From NCBI GenBank assembly GCA_965116465.1, contig OZ220687.1:2564596-2628595 (forward strand): a stretch of DNA of 64,000 nucleotides, given 5' to 3'. This DNA is from Acidimicrobiales bacterium. Lineage in GTDB: Bacteria > Actinomycetota > Acidimicrobiia > Acidimicrobiales > CATQHL01. The position numbers and the translations under genes were made by a program. Below the pieces are notes generated by a model, which ran no database searches, was not told where the DNA came from, and saw only the letters and a program-made list of their open reading frames with translations. Of the stretch, positions 17,923 through 25,465 are shown piece after piece (the stretch's first letter is position 1; each line of letters starts with the position of its first letter).

Positions 17923-18176
17923 GACGGGTCGTCGAGCGCCGATTGTTCGAACAGGGCATTGACCTCCTCGTCGGAGCCGACGATGTCGTCGAGTATCCGT
18001 ATCTGACCGGCCCATGACCCCAGCACCCGCTGATCTCGGGCAGGTGGCCACGCAATGATCTTCGCCACCGGCCGCCCGTTGCGAGCCACGATCACGTCGC
18101 TGCCCGCCTCGGCCTGCCGGATCAACTCCGATAGCCGGCTCTTCGCCTCGTGGGTGTTCACCATGAGAGTTGACAT
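17919..18176 (-). CDS. Phd/YefM-family antitoxin
   Basis: MSTLMVNTHEAKSRLSELIRQAEAGSDVIVARNGRPVAKI is a typical Phd/YefM N-terminus. Overlaps vapC. Confidence 0.8.
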   Translation of the reverse strand: MSTLMVNTHEAKSRLSELIRQAEAGSDVIVARNGRPVAKIIAWPPARDQRVLGSWAGQIRILDDIVGSDEEVNALFEQSALDDPS

Positions 18177-18177
18177 G

Positions 18178-18194
18178 GTCTTAGCCTAGCTAAG
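18178..18194. promoter_or_regulatory. Perfect palindrome TCTTAGC-CTA-GCTAAGA directly upstream of the antitoxin ATG; candidate TA operator
   Basis: 7-3-7 inverted repeat ending 2 nt from ATG 18176. Confidence 0.4.
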
Positions 18195-18329
18195 ACTGTT
18201 ACTATCTCCTCCGGTCACGCGACACGCTGAGCCCGCAAGGGATCCAGAGCGATTCGAGGTCGGCGAGATCCACACGGGCGTAACTCGTGTTTCCGGCTTC
18301 AGCGGTTGCGCGAGGATGCTCGTGATGCC

Positions 18330-19925
18330 ATGACTGCTCGACCCGCCCGACGCCTTCTCACCACTGGGTGCGCCGTCCTCGCTCTCGCTGCCGCATGCGG
18401 ACACGTGGATGTTCGGTCGTCGGCGCCTGCGACGACCGAACCAATGCCTCCGAACACCGAGGTGGACGGGGGGTCGGTGGATGGCCCGTCGTCGTCGGCG
18501 CCTGGGACGACTGAGCCGATCTATCCGAGCACCGAGGTGGATGGGGGGCGAGTGGCTGATTCGCCACCGCTGACCACGACGACCGAGCCGGTCCCTCCGA
18601 GTACCCAGGTCGACGGTGGGCGGGTCGCCGAGCCGTCAACGGTGCCCGCGACGACGGCCGACTCGACGGAAGCGCCGCCAGCACCCAGAAGTGTCGACGC
18701 AGATGATCCCGGCGCATTGTCCGCCGATGCGCGCTCGCTCATCGGTAGCTGGCACACCGCCGTGTTAGCGACGACCGGGGTGTGGCCGGGCTTCGATCTT
18801 GCATCGATCCCAACTGTGTTGGCAGCAATCGACGACGAGGGAGCCATCCGAGCCACGGTGGCGTTCAACCACCCGAACCCGCTTGTACTCGGCACTCTGG
18901 TTCGGAACCTGGACGTCGACGGCCACGAGGTCGCGGTCATCGGAGAGGTGGCCGACCCGGATTGGCTGGTCGCCCGAGCCCCGTTCGACTTCTTCGCCGA
19001 CGTCGGTGGGACGGACACGTTCGTGCTGATCAGCCAGGAAGGTGAACTCGGTCTTGAGTCTGGGACCCCCGAGTTCATCGCCACGCTCGTGCACGAGGCG
19101 TTCCACCGGTATCAGTGGGATGAGTGGGCCCCGCGTGCGACGGGGCAATACATCGAGACTTACGACTTCTCGGCGGCGAACCTCGAACTGGCGCTGCTCG
19201 AGAACCGGATCCTCATCGCCGCCTACCAGGCCGAGGATCCCGGTGACCTCGAACGCCTCGCCCGCCAGTTCGCCGCGGTACGTGCCACGCGTCACCAACG
19301 CGACCAGGCCTGGGACGATCGGGTCGACCATGACGAAGCACAGGAACGCACGGAGGGATCCGCTCAATTCGTCGAGCACCGGATCGGCGACTCGATCGGC
19401 AACGTCTACCGCACGGCAACCAACCACACCGAGGACTTGGAGTTCCACGACGAGATCCTCTCGAACCCGGAGGTGCTCGTCGCCAACATCGCGTGGTACG
19501 AAGTCAGCATCAAGACGTACTTCAGCTTCGGTCGCTTCTACGGCAGCGGAGCCACGCTGCTCGTCCTACTAGATCGCCTCGGTGTGCCCGATGTCGCCCA
19601 GCAACTGCAGGACGGCAGGACACCCGCGGGCCTGCTGGAGCACCACATCGCACCGCTTGGTGATCTCGACGAACTGGTCGCCGATGCCCAGGCCGAGCAC
19701 GACCCCGATGGCCGACTCGCTGCGGTTGCAGTGACCCTCTCTGAACTGGCGATCGACGAACCGGCGACCGCCCTGGGCCATGATGGCGAATCTGTCCTGA
19801 CAGTTACACAGATTGCCTGCCTTGTGGCTCATGGGATCGACATCGGCGACCGCATGGGCATTCCTCAGAACGTCGTTGACGAGTGCCTGGTCGAAGCGGA
19901 TGACTCCGATGGCGCTTCCCCCTGA
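18330..19925 (+). CDS. Putative lipoprotein with Thr/Pro-rich tandem repeats and an HExxH motif (possible metallopeptidase)
   Basis: Signal/lipobox LLTTGCAVLALAAAC. Three TTEPxxPxTxVDGGxV repeats. LVHEAFHRY motif. Start at ATG 18330; TTG 18306 is possible. Confidence 0.6.
   Translation: MTARPARRLLTTGCAVLALAAACGHVDVRSSAPATTEPMPPNTEVDGGSVDGPSSSAPGTTEPIYPSTEVDGGRVADSPPLTTTTEPVPPSTQVDGGRVAEPSTVPATTADSTEAPPAPRSVDADDPGALSADARSLIGSWHTAVLATTGVWPGFDLASIPTVLAAIDDEGAIRATVAFNHPNPLVLGTLVRNLDVDGHEVAVIGEVADPDWLVARAPFDFFADVGGTDTFVLISQEGELGLESGTPEFIATLVHEAFHRYQWDEWAPRATGQYIETYDFSAANLELALLENRILIAAYQAEDPGDLERLARQFAAVRATRHQRDQAWDDRVDHDEAQERTEGSAQFVEHRIGDSIGNVYRTATNHTEDLEFHDEILSNPEVLVANIAWYEVSIKTYFSFGRFYGSGATLLVLLDRLGVPDVAQQLQDGRTPAGLLEHHIAPLGDLDELVADAQAEHDPDGRLAAVAVTLSELAIDEPATALGHDGESVLTVTQIACLVAHGIDIGDRMGIPQNVVDECLVEADDSDGASP
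18416..18636 (+). repeat. Three imperfect in-frame ~72-75-bp tandem repeats inside the lipoprotein gene
   Basis: Repeated accga(a/g)cc...ccgag(c/t)acc(g/c)aggt(g/c)ga(c/t)gg(g/t)gggc units, read directly from the sequence. Confidence 0.6.
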
Positions 19926-19990
19926 CGCTGCTCCGACCGCGCTGCTGCAGCGCGCCCGGCGCGCAAGAGCGTCATCTAGGAGAATCACCT

Positions 19991-21451
19991 GTGACTGAAC
20001 GTGCCCTGATGATCCAGGGGACGGCCTCGGGGGTTGGCAAGTCGCTGCTTGTGGCGGGGCTGTGCCGGCTGCTGGCGCGCTCGGGGGTGCGGGTGGCGCC
20101 CTTCAAGCCCCAGAACATGAGCAACGCGGCGGCGGCCTGCCCCGCCGGCGGCGAGATCGGCCGGGCGCAGGCCCTGCAGGCGTTCGCCTGCGGCATCGAG
20201 CCGACCGTGGACATGAACCCGGTGCTCGTGAAGCCCGAGGCCGACCACACAGCTCAGCTCATCGTGTCGGGCGAGGTGCGTGGCAGGCTCGACGCGGCAC
20301 GATTCCGGGAGGACCGCCAACCGCTGCTGCCTGAGGTCCTCGCCGCATTCGAGCGTCTGGCCGGCAGCTACGACTTCATCGTGGTGGAGGGCGCCGGCTC
20401 GCCCGCCGAACCGAACCTGCGGGCCGGTGACATCGCCAACATGGGATTTGCCCGGGAGGTATCGCTGCCGGTCTGGCTGGTGGCCGACATCGACCGCGGC
20501 GGATCCTTCGCGGCGCTTCTGGGCACGGTGGAGGCGCTGGAGCCCGCCGATCGGAGGCTTGTGGAGGCGTTGCTGGTGAACCGCTTCCGGGGCGAGGCGG
20601 CCCTGCTCGACGAGGCCTTCGTCTGGTTGGCCGAGCGAACGGGGCTGCCGGTCCTGGGAGCCGTCCCGTACCTGCCCGACCTGCTGCTGCCCGAGGAGGA
20701 CGCCCCCTACGCCCTCATGGAGGGCCGGATCGGGACCGCGACGGACGAAGCGAACCGGCTTCGGGTGGGCGCCGTCCACTACCCGCGCGCCTCCAACATC
20801 GCGGATGTGGACCCGTTGGTGGCCGACCCGGCCGTGGAGTTCACGTGGCTGCGCGACCCGGCCGAGCTTGTCGGGCTCGACCTGGTGATCCTGCCGGGCT
20901 CCAAGGCCGTCGCCGCCGATCTCAACTGGCTGCGAGAGCGCGGTTGGGTGCCGGCGCTGGAGCGGCACCTGCGCTACGGCGGCCGGGTGCTCGGAATCTG
21001 CGGCGGCCTCCAGATGCTGGGCCGGCGCATCCTGGATCCTGGCGAGATCGAGGGTCCGGCCGAGACCCCTGGACTCGGCTGGTTGGACTTCGAGACTGAG
21101 ATCCAGCCGCAGAAGCTGGTGCGGCAGGTCACCGGCCGAGCGACCTGGCCGGAGGCTGTTGAGTTCTCCGGCTACGAGATCCGCCACGGAAACAGCGAGG
21201 CCGATCCCGTCATCCACCCGTTCAGCGCTCGCTCAGCCGACGGGCAGATCCTCGGTACCTACATCCACGGCCTCTTGGACCGAGCCGACTTCCGCCGCGC
21301 CTTCCTGCAGCACTGGCTCGCCTGGGACTCCGATCACGCCGAGGACCAAACCACCCGCTGGCACCGCGACCTCGACCGTCTCGCCGACACCCTCCGCGAC
21401 CACCTCGACCTGACGTATCTTGAGAAACGCGTCGGCGAGGCGGTACTTTGA
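19991..21451 (+). CDS. cobQ: Cobyric acid synthase
   Basis: N-terminal MIQGTASGVGKS P-loop and C-terminal glutamine amidotransferase GICGGLQMLG...HG. AGGAG lies upstream of GTG 19991. Confidence 0.9.
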   Translation: MTERALMIQGTASGVGKSLLVAGLCRLLARSGVRVAPFKPQNMSNAAAACPAGGEIGRAQALQAFACGIEPTVDMNPVLVKPEADHTAQLIVSGEVRGRLDAARFREDRQPLLPEVLAAFERLAGSYDFIVVEGAGSPAEPNLRAGDIANMGFAREVSLPVWLVADIDRGGSFAALLGTVEALEPADRRLVEALLVNRFRGEAALLDEAFVWLAERTGLPVLGAVPYLPDLLLPEEDAPYALMEGRIGTATDEANRLRVGAVHYPRASNIADVDPLVADPAVEFTWLRDPAELVGLDLVILPGSKAVAADLNWLRERGWVPALERHLRYGGRVLGICGGLQMLGRRILDPGEIEGPAETPGLGWLDFETEIQPQKLVRQVTGRATWPEAVEFSGYEIRHGNSEADPVIHPFSARSADGQILGTYIHGLLDRADFRRAFLQHWLAWDSDHAEDQTTRWHRDLDRLADTLRDHLDLTYLEKRVGEAVL

Positions 21452-21482
21452 GCGGCTGGGCCGTGGAGGGAAGGAGCGACAG

Positions 21483-22025
21483 GTGGAGCAGGTGATTCTC
21501 TACAGCTTGAACACCGAGGCGCGGACGCCCACTTGACAGGAGTGCTGCCGCGTTCGGGACTTCCTGAACGAGCATTCCGTCGAGTTCGACGACCGCAACA
21601 TCCGCCAGAGCACCGGTGCCCGTGACGAGTTGCTGGCACTGACCGGGGACCTCGTCGTGCCGACGCTCGTCGCCGGCGACCGCCAGGTGGTGGGGTTCGA
21701 TGCGGCAGCACTTGCGGAGATCGCGGGGCTCCAGCTGCCGGACGGGCCGGCGCAGAGCGCGGCGACCGCTGCAGGCCCCCCGGGGAACTCCCTCGAGGCA
21801 GATCAGGGTCGGCGGGTCATCGCCTCCGGCGACACCCTTGCCGACGACCTGCAGAGCCTCCTGGGCCGCATCAACGCGGAGCTCGACTACAACGTCGCCA
21901 AGGGCGGCACGCCGTTCCGCCAGGGGATGCACGACGGCCTTCGTTTCGCCCAGGACGCCGTGGCGGACCTGCTGACACGCCACGGCCACCCCGCCGAGGT
22001 CGAGCCCAGAGACTGGGACTTCTGA
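21483..22025 (+). CDS. Glutaredoxin-like thioredoxin-fold protein with in-frame TGA (codon 18) at the first redox position: candidate selenoprotein (UxxC), or a nonsense pseudogene
   Basis: GGGAAGGAG lies 6 nt before GTG 21483. The frame keeps high GC3 on both sides of TGA 21534-21536. Translation is VEQVILYSLNTEARTPT-U-QECCRVRDFLNEHSVEFDDRNI...VVPTLVAGDRQVVGFD, where U-Q-E-C aligns with the Grx CPYC and the cis-Pro VP is present. The track ORF 21630.. starts inside the fold. Confidence 0.45.
21537..21566 (+). other. Hairpin immediately 3' of the in-frame TGA (SECIS-like candidate)
   Basis: CAGGAG(U) 21537-21543 pairs with (A)CUUCCUG 21559-21566. The apical CCG-CGUU-CGG mini-stem starts about 12 nt after the UGA. 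Confidence 0.3.
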
Positions 22026-22116
22026 GGCTCGGTCAGGCGCAGTACCCGGGGCTTGTCGTCGGTTGCGACGGCGTCGCCGGACCGCCCGGCCGCTTGCGAC
22101 CGGTGTCCTGACCCGG

Positions 22117-22560
22117 TCAGCGCACGAGGCGGGCGATCGCCTCGGCTGCGGTGGGATACTGCGCCGTCAGCTCCTCGAGGTTGCCGAGTTCGAACCCCTC
22201 CTCGTGGTAGGGCGGCGCCATGGTGGTGCCCATCAGCGCCCACGCGCCGCTGGTGGAGGCGCCCATCCAGACGCCGGCCGGAACGGTCACGCACGGCCGC
22301 TGGCCACCCTCCAGGTCCTTGCCGAGGACGGGCGTGGTGACGCCGCCGTCGGGGTGCAGCAGCAGCATCTCCACCGCGGCACCGGCGTAGTGGTGCCAGA
22401 GTTCCGCAGCGTCCACCCGGTGCATGGCCGAGAAGTCCCCCGGCACGACCAGGTAGTAGATCGCCGAACCGTGCGCGTCGCGCCACGTCTCGGCGAAGTA
22501 CCCGCCCTCCGCCGGCAGCGACTCGAGGCCGAGCAGTTCTATGACGTCTGAGGTCCTCAT
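22117..22560 (-). CDS. Cupin-fold protein (DUF985/YML079w-like)
   Basis: 147 aa from ATG 22560. LPAEGGYFAETWRD and HRVDAAELWHHYAG are typical of this cupin family. Confidence 0.7.
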   Translation of the reverse strand: MRTSDVIELLGLESLPAEGGYFAETWRDAHGSAIYYLVVPGDFSAMHRVDAAELWHHYAGAAVEMLLLHPDGGVTTPVLGKDLEGGQRPCVTVPAGVWMGASTSGAWALMGTTMAPPYHEEGFELGNLEELTAQYPTAAEAIARLVR

Positions 22561-22656
22561 CGAATCAACCCTAAGTCCGCCAGATCGTCGGCGCGCCGAG
22601 CTGCAGATCTGGGTCACGCTCCGCCTGGCACGCTTCCGGCGGGTCGAACCATTGGG

Positions 22657-24144
22657 CTACCGGGTGCACTCGTGGCGCCGCAGATTCTCCGTTCGCCGAG
22701 CGAAGCCGCTCGGTCCGTCGTCATTATGGGAGCGCACCATCAGGGTGGCGTCGTGTCGCCCCCCGAACACGTAGCTGAAGTACCTGTCGATGGTCAAGGA
22801 CGTCTCCGTCGTCGGGTGCCAGCGGAATGACTGAGGGCGAGCACCCGCGTCCGTGCGGCGCCAGCGTGCCTGGACGAGGTAGCCGGTGACGTCCGAACCG
22901 CCGGGCGGATCCCAAAGAAACTCCACGCGTTCGGGTTGTCCCGCCTCGTCGCAGAACACGAGCAGGCGGAGGTTCCGCGGCCTGCCGGGTGCCCCCTCGA
23001 AGGAGAATTCGACAGTGGCGGGCCGTCCGGTCCCGCGGCTGTTGACCGCGGCCACGGAGAAGTATCGGACACGGCCTTCGGGGAGTCTCTCGATTGTGAA
23101 GTCCGCCGCGTGGCGACCCTCGGGTCGGGCGGGCGCGATGGTCCAGGTGGCTCGCCCGTTCCGAACGTCGGTGTAGCTGACCCGATAGCTCGTCACCCGG
23201 TCGCCGCCGTCGTCCGCCGGGGGCGACCAGTAGACGTACACCTGGCCTGCTGCGCCGTCCCACTCGGCCTGCACGTCCTGGGGAGCGCCGGGGGAGGTGA
23301 CGCCCCTGCTCGGAGCCGCGCGCTCGTCGCAGGAGTCGTGGCGGACCGCGGGGTCCCATCCTTTGGAGGATGCGTAGCGCGGTCGATAGATGAACTGCGC
23401 GCTTGCCGCGTCGCTGATGCCTGTCGGGGTCAGCGTCCGGACAGACCACTCGTACAGCACCGACTGCTGGATGTCGACGCCGAGGAACGAGGTGCCGGTA
23501 ACGGTGACATCGAGGTGCGGATCGGGCATTGACGGGACGAACTCGAACAAGAGAGCGCGCTCGCGGGTCACCGCATAGCCGAGGATCGCGGGTCCACCGG
23601 TATCCGCGGGATCCCACGCCAGTCGCACACTGTGGATACCCCCTGACCGATCGCAGATGACCGCGTCGACGTGCAGGAGTCGCGGCGCCCCGACGGTTGG
23701 AGTCTCGAAGGAGGACGAGTACAGCCAGCGCCCCTCGGATGCGGTGGCGTACGGGAAGAACCGGGACCGCGGCAGCCAAACGGACCTGTCGGGCAACTCC
23801 AACCCGAACTCCACCTTCCCTGATGACACGAGTCTCGCCTGGATGCGGATCGTCCTCCCGTGGCTCAACTCGTACGGTGACGAATACAGCCAGCGATCCT
23901 CCAGTGCGCTGCCATAGGGGAAGAACCGCAGGCGGGGAAGCCATTCTCGCTCGCCGTCCAACTCCAGTCCGAACTCGACGCTGCCGGACGTGTGGAGCCG
24001 GGCCTGGATGCGTATTCGGGAGAGACTCTCCGACACCTCCTGCGTTATGGCCGGCTCCTCAGGGGGCTCCTGAGCCGAGGTCGTGGTTGTTGCGAAGAGG
24101 CTTGCCGCGAGCACCAGCAGGGCCGCCGGGCCGAATCGCCCCAC
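22657..24144 (-). CDS. Secreted protein: 2 copies of an unrecognised ~52-aa repeat plus 3 FN3-like domains
   Basis: Start proposed at GTG 24144 ((M)GRFGPAALLVLAASLFATTTTSAQE signal peptide, GAGG upstream). Repeats RIQARLxxSGxVEFGLELxxxxxWLPRxRFFPYxxAxExRWLYSS. FN3-like segments with WxPP...Y...V..N..G patterns. Confidence 0.65.
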   Translation of the reverse strand: MGRFGPAALLVLAASLFATTTTSAQEPPEEPAITQEVSESLSRIRIQARLHTSGSVEFGLELDGEREWLPRLRFFPYGSALEDRWLYSSPYELSHGRTIRIQARLVSSGKVEFGLELPDRSVWLPRSRFFPYATASEGRWLYSSSFETPTVGAPRLLHVDAVICDRSGGIHSVRLAWDPADTGGPAILGYAVTRERALLFEFVPSMPDPHLDVTVTGTSFLGVDIQQSVLYEWSVRTLTPTGISDAASAQFIYRPRYASSKGWDPAVRHDSCDERAAPSRGVTSPGAPQDVQAEWDGAAGQVYVYWSPPADDGGDRVTSYRVSYTDVRNGRATWTIAPARPEGRHAADFTIERLPEGRVRYFSVAAVNSRGTGRPATVEFSFEGAPGRPRNLRLLVFCDEAGQPERVEFLWDPPGGSDVTGYLVQARWRRTDAGARPQSFRWHPTTETSLTIDRYFSYVFGGRHDATLMVRSHNDDGPSGFARRTENLRRHECTR

Positions 24145-24238
24145 GAGCAGCCTCAGCAGCGCCCGGTCAGCGCCCGGCTCGCTTGACGTGCAAGCGGATC
24201 GGCAGGGTGCCGTCTGGCTGCGGAGAGCCAGAGAGTCC

Positions 24239-25387
24239 TCAGAACCTGAAGTCGACCGTCGCCCACGGCCCCCGTCCGTGGCTGTTAATTGCGCGCACCC
24301 AGTAGGTGTACGACCCGGCCGTTGCGCCGCCAAGCCTGAACGGATAGACGGGGGACTCGCGCCCCGGGTTGATCCTCCCGTACCCCACGTTGGAGGCGCC
24401 GAGCGGAGAGCTTCCGATCTCGTAGCTCGTGATCGGGTCGCCGCCGTCGTTTGGTGCTGACCACGTCAGGATGACGGCGTCGCGGGCGCCGTTGAGCCTT
24501 GCCCGCAGATTCTGCGGGGCACCCGGCGGAGCGGCTCCTGGAAGCGGCGTTGCGTATTCGTCGCAGTCGGGCCACCGCCGATCGCCCCAATCGCCCCACG
24601 GCTCGGTGCCTCTGAAGAAGCTGGGTTTGAAGATGAGTTGGACCGAGGCAACGGCACCTCTACCCGCTCTGTTCAATGCCCGGACCGACCATTCGTGGAG
24701 TTCGTTCATCTGGACATCCGCGCCGGTGTATGTGGTACCTGGCACGAGATCGTCCGAGCCCGGGTCGGTGTGCACCGGTGTGTAACGCCACTCCGAAGCC
24801 CGCAGGCGAGTCACCTCGTAGGCAGTGATGCGCGTACCGCCGCTGCGGGCCGGCGGGTCCCACGACAGCCGAACGCTGTGCGGACCTCCCGCAACGTCGC
24901 AGACAACTGCTGTTACGCGGAGGTTCCGCGGTGCGCTGGCCGGTTGGCCGATCTCGTCGAGCAGCGAGAAGCGCGAGGAGAAGAGCCAGCGTCCGACCTC
25001 GACGGTCTCGTAGGGGAAGAAGCGTGCGCGCGGCAGCCACACCTGGTCGCCGTCCACCTGGAGTCCGAATTCGAGTCGGCCATCGACGAGCAGCCGGGCC
25101 TGGATCCGCACCTGCGTGCCGTCACGCATCGCGTACGGCGAGGCGAACAGCCACTGGCCCACGTTCGCGGTGGCATAGGGGAACAGGCGCACCCGCGGCA
25201 GCCATTCGCTGTCACCGTCGATTTCCAGCCCGAACTCGACCTTGCCCGATTCCACCTTGCGCGCCTGGATGCGCACCGAGGTGGCGGGAGTGTCGGACGA
25301 CTCGGCGTCCTGCGCGACCGCTGGTGAGGCGACCAGCGCACTCGCGGCGATGACAACGGCGGCAAGCGCGCCAATCCGACGGATCAT
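24239..25387 (-). CDS. Secreted protein, paralogue of the downstream gene: 2 copies of the ~52-aa repeat plus 2 FN3-like domains
   Basis: Signal peptide MIRRIGALAAVVIAASALVASPAVAQD. GGAGGGGAG upstream. Repeats VRIQARKVESGKVEFGLEIDGDSEWLPRVRLFPY.. and VRIQARLLVDGRLEFGLQVDGDQVWLPRARFFPY.. Confidence 0.7.
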   Translation of the reverse strand: MIRRIGALAAVVIAASALVASPAVAQDAESSDTPATSVRIQARKVESGKVEFGLEIDGDSEWLPRVRLFPYATANVGQWLFASPYAMRDGTQVRIQARLLVDGRLEFGLQVDGDQVWLPRARFFPYETVEVGRWLFSSRFSLLDEIGQPASAPRNLRVTAVVCDVAGGPHSVRLSWDPPARSGGTRITAYEVTRLRASEWRYTPVHTDPGSDDLVPGTTYTGADVQMNELHEWSVRALNRAGRGAVASVQLIFKPSFFRGTEPWGDWGDRRWPDCDEYATPLPGAAPPGAPQNLRARLNGARDAVILTWSAPNDGGDPITSYEIGSSPLGASNVGYGRINPGRESPVYPFRLGGATAGSYTYWVRAINSHGRGPWATVDFRF

Positions 25388-25465
25388 GTTCGTCTCCCCT
25401 CCGAAGATGATCGTGCGCTCAGATGCTAGTCAGCGAGCTCGGAGCCGGCGCCTGCCGGACAGCGG

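Noticed and set aside
15333-18200. TA island as a classical mobile element (IS, integron, prophage remnant)
   Set aside because: I recognised no transposase, integrase, attC-like array or terminal inverted repeats. The only repeat is the ~130-bp internal duplication, which is reported separately.
19926-19990. Possible cobalamin riboswitch upstream of cobQ
   Set aside because: The spacer is only 66 bp. It contains just a short GCGCTG-CTG-CAGCGC hairpin and the SD, so there is no room for a B12 aptamer.
21534-21536. Alternative genetic code (TGA as a sense codon genome-wide) as explanation for the in-frame TGA
   Set aside because: TGA clearly terminates many well-supported genes in this window, including several with ATGA/GTGA start-stop overlaps. 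A global reassignment is therefore excluded. Only local recoding or a pseudogene remains.
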